From Phoronis australis (taxonomy: Eukaryota; Animalia; Phoronida), in contig NMRA01000233.1 of NCBI GenBank assembly GCA_002633005.1, forward strand, positions 248,001 through 312,000: 64,000 bases of DNA. Direction: 5' to 3'. The position numbers were made by a program, and so were the translations under genes. Within the stretch, counting starts at the first letter, position 1; each line of letters begins with the position of its first letter. Positions 13,301-26,590 of the stretch are shown in pieces. The notes beneath the pieces were generated by a model, which saw nothing but the letters and a program-made list of their open reading frames with translations, was not told the origin of the DNA and made no database searches.

Positions 13301-16291
13301 AGGAAAGCCTTAAGGCCGAATAGCTGGAAAGACTTACGAAATATGTTACGTAACACATTCACTTCGGGGCAATTTTCTTTTTCATTTTTTGTTCCATCTA
13401 AGTACAAAAGAGATTACACAAAATTACCAGTCACTAAAGCATCGCGACAGCATTCGCGTCATTTTTGTACACAAGACAATTGTGAACTTCAGTAAATTGA
13501 TATAGTTTCTAACCACGACTCTTGATGACTAGCTGTTCATTCAATATCCAGTACGTAATGAGATGAAATGAAAATTAAATTTGAAGTACATTCTTTGCAC
13601 CGGTGATAGAGTTCAATTCTGAAAACCGATTTTGAAGTGTTTGATTACAGTTTATACAACTGACAAGAGCAAATTGGGGCGACCAGATTTGTGCCAACCG
13701 AAATGAAAATAGAAAATACCGCTATTAAAAGGACATTGTGGGATTATAGGAAAGACAATTGATTTTCTCAGAGTAACCTCAGCGCGGAATTGTACTTGCG
13801 ATTCCCGCAGAATAACGATCTGGTGAAGGTGCTGAATAAAACACACTTGGTGTTTAAAATATGAAATTGATGATTTGAAGCCCTTTAAAGATGTATTTGC
13901 GTGCTCCTACCTCTGCTAATGTGTAGCAGGAACTAAACGACAAATGCTACATAATCTACACCAAACAAGGAACAGTTGTACTCATTGACAACTTGTAAAT
14001 GTAAAAACGAAAAATTCTGCAAATAGGCGATCTTTGCTCTAATGACATACCTCGTGGGCTCGCATAGCCCGCACAACGTAATATTATTACCCGGCAACTT
14101 GTCATGATACTTACTGGACATGGTTTAGTGATGTGCGGCGGATCATTTCCGACACATAACTGTTTTTTTAAGAAAACATTTTCAACCTACTTCAAATTCA
14201 CATGGTCGCTATGTGTTGCGTTTCTAACTAATTTGGCCAAGCAATAACACAGATAAGGAATTAGCCTGCAAGTTTCAATTTAATACAGACACATTGTATG
14301 GCCTAGTCCTAGCGATTCCAAAATGACGTCAGACCTAAATTTTGAGTCAGTGATACCTAAAACCACTCACCGAGGGCGCTCGCTGTAAAACGGAAGTGAC
14401 CATTTCGCCGCTCAACAGGAGGTACAGAACAGTTCTCACTGGGTTTTGCCTAGCAAAACACACATCACTTGATTTGTAACCTTTTCTTCACTCTGTCAAA
14501 AACAGGATGCAAAGAATGGCATGTTTTCAATTATTTCACATAAAAAGCCCAGCAGATGAGCACAGAAACTTTATTCTTTCTTGTATTTTTGACCATTTCA
14601 TTCCCACTGAAAACCAAACTAGACTAAGAAAAATAAGGGCAAAAAACACCACTTCCCTGCCGATGCACGACTAAAACCAACATTAGAGTCTGAAAGCAAA
14701 TTTCCTACCGATTCCGAAAATGTGGTCCAAAAGTACTGTCAACCAACTAGTTTTTTGGCAATTCTTGCTTGTTTGAGAGCTACCTAAAATCACAGCCAAT
14801 TTCTCGGTCGCTACCCAACAATACACAATTGCAGCCGGGGGCCGCCATCTTGAAGAAGAGTGCAGCTACAGCCAAGGAAGTGGCCTTTTTTATTCACAGC
14901 ATGTTCACAAATACAAACAAACCACATTCACTGAGCCTACGTGCAATGCCCACCTACAAAATGCCCCCAAACTTGGCCTACCCCAAAATTTCTATATTTT
15001 GGCAGTGCAAATTGGCCGCGGCCGCAGCCTAACTATTCAGTGCCACCACAACATACTGAGATAAAGCAGTTTTCTGCCGTAAAATGTTCCTTTAAGCTCA
15101 CGGTTACGATCACTGTTGATTGGTTGATGTCGTGACACAACTACCAGCCGAGCCTTTCAGCAGAACGTTCTGGGATTTTTATTGAGAACAAAGAATTGAA
15201 ACACAAAATACTTTATTATACGCTAACAGTAACAGGGCCTCAGAACAGCAAAAGCTGTTAGCCAGAGAGGGGTACAGGCATAGGCACCTTGGAGACCAGC
15301 TTACAACACGATCACTGCCGCCCCGTCGTCACATTTAACTGTTCCCTCGTGTCAAGCCATTATAATGCCTTTTAGACTCGACTTAACTCGATTTTGATCA
15401 AGTTTGCAAACAAGTAATTTTCTAGTGTAGACGGGTTGTCAAACCAAACAAAAGTTAGTTCCTGAATCACTCCGACCACACCTTGAAGTCATACATTGGG
15501 ATATGTTATGAACGGTTAGGGTCATAAACCGGCTTTCGTCGTACCTACGACATACATTTACTGCGAGTAGTACCGCAGTACGTTCAAATGTATTGCTTTC
15601 GGGCATTACTGCAGTTTCCTGTTTTCTCGGAGTGAAAAAAATGGGGTGAAAAGGTAACTTCCACTATCATTTGACACGTTTTGCCAAATCATTGCTAGGA
15701 CTGTCAGGACAGTCCAATACATACAGAGTATCAAAAGTCCGTTCGAGGAACCAGAACTGTTTGAAGTGGTGATAGAACTCACGTTTCGCAAAACACGTCG
15801 GAATTAGAAAATCCCTGGAATCATGCGTGAAACCGCGTGTCAGCGCGTCACCACTTGCCTGATGTGCACAGTATGACATCGGAGTATGCGCATAATCGTT
15901 TTTAGTTAGAAATTGTAACCTTTAGGAAAACTATACAAAGTTACGACAATATTGGACTGCATTTACTTATTTTATAAGTAACGCGTGAAAGAAATGATAA
16001 GAAACCTGTAACTAATACAGAGACCGAAAACTTTACGTTTTTGGAGAAAAAAGGTTGACGATCTCCATAACAAATCATGACACTCTATGAAAACCGGCCA
16101 TATTGCCACAAATACGTTTCTGTGAGCAACAAAGATTGATTTTAGTTGAGGGCCTTTGTACTTGTAGAAACTGGCTTGACCACTAACATGCAGTGACCGC
16201 TAACTGGCACAAAGTTATGTGTAAGGGCCATTTTGCCCCCACTCTAAATTTACACGCGAAGTGTTCCGTTGTGGGGATAAATGAGGCTTAC

Positions 16292-17486
16292 CCTGCTATA
16301 TTTTATCTCCATGCCTTCTAGGTGACGGGATAGTTTGTTTATATCCTTGGTAGACATCTGAAGTTTAATGAAAGTATTGGAACTTATGAAAAACTGCCGA
16401 GGAGTAATTTGATCCGAGGGTATGGCAGTCAGATCTTGGTAAATTTCTTTATTGATTCGCTGTTTCTGAAAAGAATCGATGTTTTGATGTAATGTCTGTA
16501 AACGTACTCCAACTGTGTATAGATAACAGATGCAAAATAACGTACACGTTGACATATGACATAATCGTGACCAAGCAGTTTTTTCTGTTGACTTTTCACG
16601 TTTTCGCGATTTTGCAAAAAGATTTAAATACACACACCTTTCTATGCTTTCTCAGCTTTCCTTCTATTTCACTAATTTTTGTCTTCACTTTCAACACGGC
16701 ATCAATATTTTGTAAAATGAGATCAACGATTATAGCGACATTATATTAGAAATGACTTAAAAAGGCCTGAAACGCAAAAATGACTAAATTGTTGTTCTCT
16801 GCCACTTAAACAGAATCTGACCTGTTCACCAGGTATTTTTACGATTTGTTCGTAAATGTTTTTAATTTCTATTGACGTCACAGCATTTTTCTTTCACTTT
16901 CAAATTTCAAAGGAACGATCTGTCTACTGGTCGCGATTTCGTCGACTTTTCTCCCGCAAGGAAAAGCGCGTCACTTTATTTGGGAAGGCACATTCGCCGA
17001 ATGTTGATAGTGGACTTTTGTCCCGTTTCCTACTTTCTACGGAGTTTTTGTTTCTCTGAAGTGGACCTTTTTGCCCACTTCGCCAAATGGGGGACTCACT
17101 TGAGCCCTCGAGCCGCCCCTGGGTGCGCGCATGCTGTCAACTTCAGATCGGAGTGCGATCTCACATGATAATCTGCCGTTAATATCCATCTTGTCAGCCT
17201 GCTGTTTGTCGAATGACTGTGAATGCATGCTCGCATTTATTATAAGCTGGAGGGAGATTAGAAACTCTGTAGTGACTGCAGAATTTTTTTTCAAAAACCA
17301 TGATTTTTGTGATTTTCTTGGAAATTCCTTCACAGGGGCAAGTGAATAACTTCGTAGTATACTTTTGCCAGGAATTGTTTAAAACACATTTTTGGCGAAC
17401 TTTCTCGTTTTATGCCTCTTTAAACATCGACTGGATGCTGTGTCAACACAAACATGCATTATCTACGCTCAGACGGCAAGCGCCAT
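16292..17486 (-). pseudogene. Decayed spliced gene of unknown family, left-arm copy
   Basis: Exon A ~17486-16822 reads as one frame with several stops; exon B ~16709-16638 with acceptor lost; exon C 16465-16292 open for 58 codons with intact AG/GT. Confidence 0.6.
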
Positions 17487-17850
17487 TGTAGTCTTTGCTA
17501 CCAATTTCAAGAGAAATCTTGAATCGACGATATCAGCATGGCATAACGCGAAGTTGTCGTGAGGACTCGATTGGGACCTCAGGGGTCTCACGCTCCACCG
17601 GCTAAATTGAAAAGGCTTTGTCCAGTCACGCGTTGTGGGTCATAAGTCGAGATAATGATACCAACAGCTGACGCGACAAGCAGAACTACTTTCTTTTACT
17701 TCATTTGTGCACTAACTGGAGAAATTTAGAATTAGACTTTTAAACACTATCCGATCGTCAACTTTTTTCGGGAGACTTAAATCTCAATGTAGTTTGCGCA
17801 AAGACGATGTGCAATTTTTGGAGGTGTATTGACGATGATCAACGTTAAAA

Positions 17851-18693
17851 NNNNNNNNNNNNNNNNNNNNNNNNNNNNNNNNNNNNNNNNNNNNNNNNNN
17901 NNNNNNNNNNNNNNNNNNNNNNNNNNNNNNNNNNNNNNNNNNNNNNNNNNNNNNNNNNNNNNNNNNNNNNNNNNNNNNNNNNNNNNNNNNNNNNNNNNNN
18001 NNNNNNNNNNNNNNNNNNNNNNNNNNNNNNNNNNNNNNNNNNNNNNNNNNNNNNNNNNNNNNNNNNNNNNNNNNNNNNNNNNNNNNNNNNNNNNNNNNNN
18101 NNNNNNNNNNNNNNNNNNNNNNNNNNNNNNNNNNNNNNNNNNNNNNNNNNNNNNNNNNNNNNNNNNNNNNNNNNNNNNNNNNNNNNNNNNNNNNNNNNNN
18201 NNNNNNNNNNNNNNNNNNNNNNNNNNNNNNNNNNNNNNNNNNNNNNNNNNNNNNNNNNNNNNNNNNNNNNNNNNNNNNNNNNNNNNNNNNNNNNNNNNNN
18301 NNNNNNNNNNNNNNNNNNNNNNNNNNNNNNNNNNNNNNNNNNNNNNNNNNNNNNNNNNNNNNNNNNNNNNNNNNNNNNNNNNNNNNNNNNNNNNNNNNNN
18401 NNNNNNNNNNNNNNNNNNNNNNNNNNNNNNNNNNNNNNNNNNNNNNNNNNNNNNNNNNNNNNNNNNNNNNNNNNNNNNNNNNNNNNNNNNNNNNNNNNNN
18501 NNNNNNNNNNNNNNNNNNNNNNNNNNNNNNNNNNNNNNNNNNNNNNNNNNNNNNNNNNNNNNNNNNNNNNNNNNNNNNNNNNNNNNNNNNNNNNNNNNNN
18601 NNNNNNNNNNNNNNNNNNNNNNNNNNNNNNNNNNNNNNNNNNNNNNNNNNNNNNNNNNNNNNNNNNNNNNNNNNNNNNNNNNNNNNNNNNNNN
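17851..18693. other. Assembly gap
   Basis: N run, inside a left-arm-specific segment (17542-18950). Confidence 1.
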
Positions 18694-21600
18694 AATTACG
18701 TTTGGAATTTTGTACTCTACTTTTGTGCGAACTTAAGACAGGTGGCTATTATCCTATGCTCCTATTAGTGTTAGTTTACAGTTGATAAACCCAAGAAGAA
18801 TCCAGTACAATAAACTGGTATGTTATGAAATCCATTCTAGTTACTTCACGAAAAATAAGCAGAGCTTGGAATGAGCAATAACAAAAACAGCGGAGAAATT
18901 TCCAGCTGATGTATGATACACAAAAAATAGGTTTGGGTGATAGACATTTTTGGATGTAGCTTCCACTAAATCATCTTAAAAATCTAGACTGTAGCAGATA
19001 TCCTGCAAGTCAATGCCATTCATGCATTACTGCTTTTCTGTTAAATCATGCGACCGGTCAAATTGCTTTTACCTGAATGGTTTCTTTTGGTGACTCCATC
19101 GAAATTACAATGGACTGCACCAAAACCAGCTATGAAACTAACGGGTTAGCTCACTTCAAATAGAGCGATCAAGCAACTATTGCATAAATCATGTTGAGAA
19201 ACACAGGGTGCTTGGCAGTTCAACTTTTATTACATTACGTTGTTATGAAAGCTAACGAAAATGTCGATATTCTTTGCATCACGATTCCGTCGTATTGGTC
19301 ATGTAGTAATTGTGAGAGCTCGTAAAAGTTATGTTGATTGGTGGAGCAAAGGTCGTGAGATTGAGGATGACGTAAAGCCAACGAAATCTCAACGATTTAA
19401 AACATATCAAAGCCTGTCTCGCGCATATTTCACTTTTCCGTGACGTATAATCCCCTTCATATTATGAAAATCAGGTGGAGATCCGTGGCTTAACAAGTTA
19501 TAATTTCTTGGAAGCAATTTCATAGGATCATTCAAACATTAAAACATCGTCAGAGAAACAGCTCTCCCGAAGTCATGCAGTCGACCAACCTCTTTGGGCA
19601 GCTGACTAATATTGCAAATAACATTACACCCTATAAAGTAGATCGGAATGCTAGGGCGATACATAAAATTGCATCCACAAAATGCTTACGAATTCATTCG
19701 CCACAGCGTTTTTTTGGCAGCGTCGGAGGAGGCGCTATACTTCTCACTGGTGAGTTCTAGTTGTTCGAGAACGTGCCGCATGTTGGTTGGCGACAATCCG
19801 GCTGTTTTTTTGAAGAATGATACACTAGTCAAGTCACGCATATGGATGACCTCTTGCTATCTTTGCACAATATGTATCTGAATTTGCCCCCAATAAATCA
19901 TACTTTCGTATCCAAAACAAATTTCCGAACAGGCGTATTCACACTTCAAAAGTAACAACATCGCAATATCATTTCTTTGAACAGCGGATGGAAGTTTTAG
20001 TCTCGAGCACAGGCACCTCTAGCATTCGTGTGTGGTGCAGATCTCGAAAACTGGGTCATTTGCTTGCATTTTACCACGCTAATCTGGGATCTGATTTGCA
20101 TGCGTTTTTCAATGCTTCAAATTGTCACTTATTTGTTCCATTTCCATTACTTTTCTGGAATGAATTTTTATTCAGTTGCATGCTCTTCCTTTTTTGAATA
20201 ACCTTCAAGAAATACGAAAACAGAGTGCACAGGTGTACCTCAGACAGATCTCCGGTTGTACTGAACAAAAACAAAATGTAGAACTCGAGTGATACGTGAG
20301 CAGTGGGTATGGTAGCAGCAATTTTTATCCTCGGATTTATCATCGGAATAATTGGGTGCTAATGTTGCAAAAGTAGGCTGTTCATATTCAACTGATCCGC
20401 ATAAACTAATTTTGACCAATCATTGACTGACCAATCAAGAATTAGATGTAAGAGATCTCCACCAGACCAAAATGCTGATAAGGTGTGAGTTCGAAACTGT
20501 TGTCGTTTTCCAAATGCATTGTGGGACGGTTGTAGGTTTGTGAACATTGGGTGACGTCACAAATAATTCCCTTGACGGCCATTTTGCTTTACCACTGCTC
20601 GTGACAAGAAACATAAAGAGAGTGAATGGTCAGAAACAATTACGTTATGTCAGTTCTTCTCAAGTGTAGCACTTATTTCTAATTTCTGCTAGGGACACGG
20701 TGACAACAATTTTATAACTTCAGGTAGCCTCAATCAAATGCTGTTTTTGACAGAGGAGACGGGGGCTTATCACACCTTTCATACGGCATTTTCTCATTAT
20801 AAAAATAAGGTGCTAAAAAGTGAAAAATGAGTAAAATCATTCAAGTTCATATAATCGGTCTCATAATACTCGTGATCGTCATAGGATTTGATGTCCGCTA
20901 CCAACAAGAATGTTAAACCTATCAGCTATCGTGTACACAAGGTCCCAACAGGACTGGAAAATGGGCCGCTTTTGAGTAAAAATTTGGGCAACAACATAAA
21001 ACAACGAACTGCGACTATTTCAGTATCTTTGAACGACTTTATCTGAACATGGATATGTACTAGTTTTCTTAATAAGTGATGAGAATTAGACCGTAACAAG
21101 TTTGTGCACAAGAGGGATGAGCGTTATGAGTAAGCTTCTCGCCTGCCACAATAAAACTGCGACCCATTGTCGCAAAGAGCGCTCAGTTTTGGACCTTTAA
21201 ATAGTGTGACCTGCACTTACACTTCAGTAACTTTTTTGTTCTCTCAGTTTCACTGCTATTTAAGTTTAGCAAACAACTTGTCATCTCCAGTTCCCTCTTT
21301 TTCTCACTAGAAAAACAATAAAGTCGTTTAAAACTGAAAGTTTAACATGAGTAATGCATTGACAAATGACACAGCTTTTAGATTTAGTTTAAAAACTACT
21401 ATTTTAATGCTGCATTTTGCCATGTTTAGCTGGCTAAAAACAAAAATCTAATTAAGTGTTTCACTGTTATGGAATCAATGTCACAATAGAGGAGAACATC
21501 GAAACCACCAGCCGCGCAATAAAATATTTCAGAGTTTCTCGGGTTTGGCCAAACCTAAAATTGTGAATTCGACAGTGGCACATGTAAACAAATGTCTCTG

Positions 21601-24600
21601 ACGTGAGCTGCAGGCTCATTTGACCGCAATTCAAATCTGATAATCTTGGAGATGTTGAAGCCCATAGCGCTTCGGTTAAAAATTATCGACAAATCTGTGC
21701 TTACAATAGTATATACACAAAACGTACCGAGAGTGGCGTAGATGAAGTAATATCCAACATGACATTATTCCGCGAATACACCGAGACCGAAGGTCGAGGT
21801 CGATACGCGTCACCATAAGACCACGTGAAAAAAACGTCACAGTTGATGACGTACATTGTTAATCAAAATGGTTGACTTAAAAGTGCTCAGTGAGTTTTGC
21901 TTGGCAAGAGAGTAAGATTTTTCAAAAGTGTTTACTGTTTCCTGCATAACGTTGCACTCGAAACTTATACTGTTATTTCAGAAATGATTCGATGAAGATT
22001 TCTGATACTGTACTTTGTGCACTCTTTTCCAAAAAGTTGTTAGGAATTTTAAAATTTTCCACTTCTGCAAGAGGAGCTATCAAAGTTTGGGAATTTAACC
22101 AACGACTTAGTGAAAAATAAATATTAAGTTCATGAGCGGAAACGAAATGAAATTTTGTAAGAATGCTCCAGTGATTCTGAGATTTCATCTTGACGATTAA
22201 TATCAAACGAAATTTATTGATATCGTTGTTTTGCCATGAATGAACCTTTTGGCAAATTTTAATTATAAGACGTGCTCAGGTTGTTACCTGACGGTATAAA
22301 GCCAAACAACAAATTCCACAGGCTTGCTCCTTTCAGAAAATAAACGCTTTTACAAAGTCAAATTGTATACTTTTATTGACACAGACTTGTCGATAAGGTC
22401 CCACATATCCAAGTTAAAGGGCCATTTCGCTGCTGGTTAGCTATCAATGTTAAAATTTTAACCGAAGCACTATGGGATTGAAAAACGTTACCACAGTCAT
22501 CTGATTTTGCATCGTTGCGGACTGAGCCTGTAGCTCAGGTCACAAGCAAACTGCAAATGCGTAATTGTCAAATTCACAATTATAGAGTTGGCCAAACCCC
22601 GGAAACTCTGAACTGTTTTATTGCGCAGCTGTTGCTTTCCATGTTCTTAGTAACGGCCCTAGAATCCTAAAACGGAAAGAACTATCGTGACACTGGTTCC
22701 ATAAGCGAAAAAGACCTAATTCGATTTTTGTTTTTAGCCAGCTAAACACGTCGAAATGCATCAATAAAATATCAATTTTCAAACTAAGTTTAAAAGCTGT
22801 ATATTTTGTCAATACCCATGTTCTAGTTTCAGTTTTCATCGACTTCGTTGTTTTTCCAGTGAGAAAAAGAAGGAACTGAAGATGACAAGTCGTTTGCAAA
22901 AATTAAATAGCAATGAAATAGAGGGAGCAAAGAAATTACTGAAGTGTAAGTGCAGGTCACACTAACAGAGCACTCCTTGCGACGATGTCGCAGTTTTATT
23001 GCGGCAGGTTGGAAGCTTACCGACCACGCTCGCCCCTTTTACGCACAAACTTGTTAAAATCTGAATCTCGTCACTTACTAAGAAAGATAGAACATATCCA
23101 GGCTACCGCGTTTGTCCAGATAAAGTCGTTCAAAGATACTGAAATAGTCACAGTTCGCTGTTTTGTGCTGTTGCCCAACATTTTACTCGAAGGCGGCCCA
23201 TTTTTCAGTCCTGTTAGGACCTTGTGTACATGATAGGTAATAGGTTCGTTGTTCTTGTTGGTAACGGACATCAAATCCTATCACGATCAGGAGTTTTACG
23301 AGACCGATTATATTAGCTTGAGTTATTTACCGATAATTCGTTTGGCAGCTATGTAGTATATTAATGAAATGCCGCGTGAAAGGTGCAATAAACCCGCGTC
23401 TCCTCTGTCAAAAACAGCATTTGATTGAGGTTACCTAAAATTGTTCTCACCTTGTCCCTTGCCGAAATTAGAAATGAGTGCTAGGTTCGAGAAGACTACA
23501 TTATTGTTTCTGACCATTCTGACTCCTTATGTTTCTTGGCAAAAGCAAGGGATGGGTTACACCCCCTGAAGCAAAATGGCAGTCAAGGGAATTATGTGTG
23601 ACGTCACCGGATGTTCATAAGTCGACAACCGTCCCACAATGCATTTGAAAAACGACAGTAGGTTCAAACCCACACCCTATCAGCATTTGTGTCTGGTGGA
23701 GATCTCTTACATCCAATTCTTGATTGCTCAGTCAATGATTGGTCAAAATCAGTCTATTTAGATCAGTTGAACATGAAAAGTATGCCTTTGCAACATTAGC
23801 ACTCACAATTCTGATGATATATCCGAGGACAAAAATTGTTGTTACTTTACCCACTGCTCACGTATCACTAACGAGCTCTACATTTTGCTTTTGTTCAGTA
23901 CAACCAGATATCTTCTGTCTGTAGTACAACTGTGCACTCTGTTTTCGAATTTCATGAAGAGCATGCAATTGAATGAATATTTATATCACAAAAGTAATGG
24001 AAACGAGACAAATACGTGACAGTTTGAAGTGTTGAAGAACGCATGCAAATCAGATCCCAGATTAGCGTGGTAAAAATTCAACCAAATGACTTCGTTTTCG
24101 TGATCTACATCAGACTCGAGTGTTTATGTTGTTTTTGTCGAGACTAAAAATTCATCCCGAAATTCAAAGAAATGATAATATGATGTTTTGGAAGTGTGAA
24201 TAAATTTGTTTTAGATACTAGAATATGGTTTATAGGGGGCAAATACAGATGCAAACAGTGCAAAGATAGCAAGAGGTCACCTATATGTGTGACTTGACTA
24301 GTGTATCCTTCTTCAGTGCTCGAAAAAACAACAGGGTTGTCGCCAACCAACATGCGGCACATTCTCGAACAACTAGAAGTCACCCGAGAGAAGTATCGCA
24401 CCTCCATCGACGCTGCCAAAAAAGCGCTGTGGCGAATGAATTCGTAAGCATTTTGTGGTTGCTATTGTGTGTCGTCCTAGTATTCCGATCCATTTTTGTA
24501 GGGTAAGTGAAGTGTCTACATGGAGGTAATGTTATTTGCAATATTAGCCAGCTGCCCAAAGAGGTTGGTCGACTGATTGTTTTCGTTCAAACTGTTTCTC

Positions 24601-25262
24601 CGACGATGGCTTAATGTTTGAATGATCCGGTGAAATTGTTTCCAAGAAATTATAACTTAGTATGCGTTGCAAAATGCGCGATACAGGCTTTGATATTTTT
24701 GAAATCGTTGAGATTTTGTCGACTTTACGTCATCCTCAGTCTCACGACCTTTGCTTCACCAATTAACATAACTTTTTACGAGCTCTCACAATTAGTACCT
24801 GACCAATACGACGGAATCGTGATGCAAAGGCGTCACGACTAGAATATCGATATTTTCGTTAGCTTTCATAATGACTTAATGCAATAAAAGTTGAACTGCC
24901 AAACACCCTTTGTTTCTCAACGTGATTTAAGCAATTGTTGCTTTATCGCTCCGGCGAACGTTTATGCGGCCTAACTAGTCAAGCCAAGGTTGCATACTCT
25001 ATTTGAAGTGAGCTAACCCGGTTCATAGCTGGTTTTGGTGCAGTTCATTGTACTTGCGAAGGAATACCGAAAGAAACCATCCAAGTACCAGCAATTTGAC
25101 CGGTCGGATGATTTAACAGAAAAGCAGTAATGCATGAATGGCATTGACTTGCAGGATATCTGCTACAGTCTAGATTTTTAAGATGATTTAGTGGAGGCTA
25201 TATCTACCCATGCTGATATCGTCGATTCAAAATTTCTCGTGAAATTGGGAACAAAGGCTTCA

Positions 25263-26590
25263 ATGGCGCTTGCCGTCTGAGCGTGGATAATGCATGTTTG
25301 TGTTGACACAGCATCCAGTCGATGTTTAAAGATTCATGAAACGAGAAAGCTCGTCAAAGATATCTTTTAAACAATTTCTGGCAAATGTACCATCTCACAC
25401 TGTCTACTACGAAGTTATCCACTTTCTCTTGTGAAGGAATTTTCAAGAAAGTCACAAAAATCTCTCTCCAAGTTATGATAAAATGTGCGCATGCGTTCAC
25501 AGTCATTTGAAAAACAGCTGGATATTAACGGCTGATTATCATGAGTGATCGCACTCCGATCTATGGTCGACAGCATTCGCGCACCAAGGGGGGGGGGGGG
25601 CTCGGAACTCGAACGAGTCCTCCATTTCGCGAAGTGGGCAAAAAGGTCTGCTTCAGAGTAACAAAAACTCTGAAAAAAGTGGAAAACGAGACAAAAGTCC
25701 ACTAAAATGATAGGAACTATCAAAATTTGGCGAATTTGCCTTACCAAATAAAGAGACGTGCTTTGCCTTGCAAGAGAAAAGTCGACGAAGTCGCGACCAG
25801 TAGACAGATCGTTCCTTTGAAATTTGAAACTGAAAGAAAAATGCTGTGACATCAACAGAAATAAAAAATTTATGAGCAAACCGTTAAAATATCTGATGAA
25901 GAGGTCAGATTCTGTTTCAGTGTCAGAGAACAAAATGGATCATGCGATTTAGTTTATTTTTTGAGTTTCAAGCCTCTTTAAGTCTTTCACTGGCTTTTGT
26001 CCGTAAATTCTAATATATATTGTAATGTCGCTATAATTGTTGATGTCGTTTTACAGCATAATTGATGCCGCAGTGAAAGTGAAGACCAAAATTAGTGAAA
26101 TAGACGGAAAGTTGAGAAAACATAGAAAGGTGCGTGTATTTAAATATTTTGGGAAAATCGAGAAAACGTGGTTAGTAGGCCTACCTTTAACGTCTTTACT
26201 GGAAAGCTAAAGCAAAAGGAATGGGATTTTGTCACTTTATATAAATTGAAATTAATGAAACTAAACTGGCATTTCAAAAACTTAAAAGTCAACAGAAAAA
26301 ACTGCTTGGTCACGATTATGTCAGATATGTCAACGTGTACGTTTTTTGCTCATGTTATCAATACGCAATTGGTGTACCTTTATAGACATAACATCAAAAC
26401 ATCGAACTTTTTTCAGAAACAGCGAATCAATAAAGAAATTTACCAAGACCTGGCTGCCATACCCTCGGATCAGATTACTCCTCGACAGTTTTTCACAAGT
26501 TCCAAGGCTTTCATTAAACTTCAGATGTCTACCAAGGAGATAAACAAACTATCCCGTCGCCTAGAAGGGATGGAGATCAAATATAGCAGA
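25263..26590 (+). pseudogene. Decayed spliced gene of unknown family, right-arm copy
   Basis: Disrupted exon A ~25263-25903 (donor gtcaga, phase 2); exon B 26057-26129 (IIDAAVKVKTKISEIDGKLRKHRK, cag/gtgcgt); exon C 26417-26590 (KQRINKEIYQDLAAIPSDQITPRQFFTSSKAFIKLQMSTKEINKLSRRLEGMEIKYSR, cag/gtaagc); phases compatible. Confidence 0.6.

Larger units (their letters stand above)
1436..21692 (-). repeat. Left arm of ~38-kb imperfect inverted duplication (pairs with 22448-39583)
   Basis: Collinear reverse-complement blocks read by eye: 1436-1790/39240-39583; 1790-2640/36480-37305; 3420-3620/36050-36250; 3620-4188/34055-34590; 7360-8335/33010-34050; 9790-12125/30845-33010; 12250-17541/25207-30010; 18950-21692/22448-25205. 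Confidence 0.95.

Noticed and set aside
17829-18785. 318-aa ORF in the track
   Set aside because: Artefact of the N run.
25415-25933. 172-aa minus-strand ORF (and mirror ORFs at 16856-17349)
   Set aside because: Best explained as antisense shadow of the decayed exon on the opposite strand.
26417-26590. Crypton/DUF3504 tyrosine-recombinase assignment for exon C
   Set aside because: Only vague similarity (IP..Q...QFF..S); no catalytic motifs, and the exon structure suggests a host gene.
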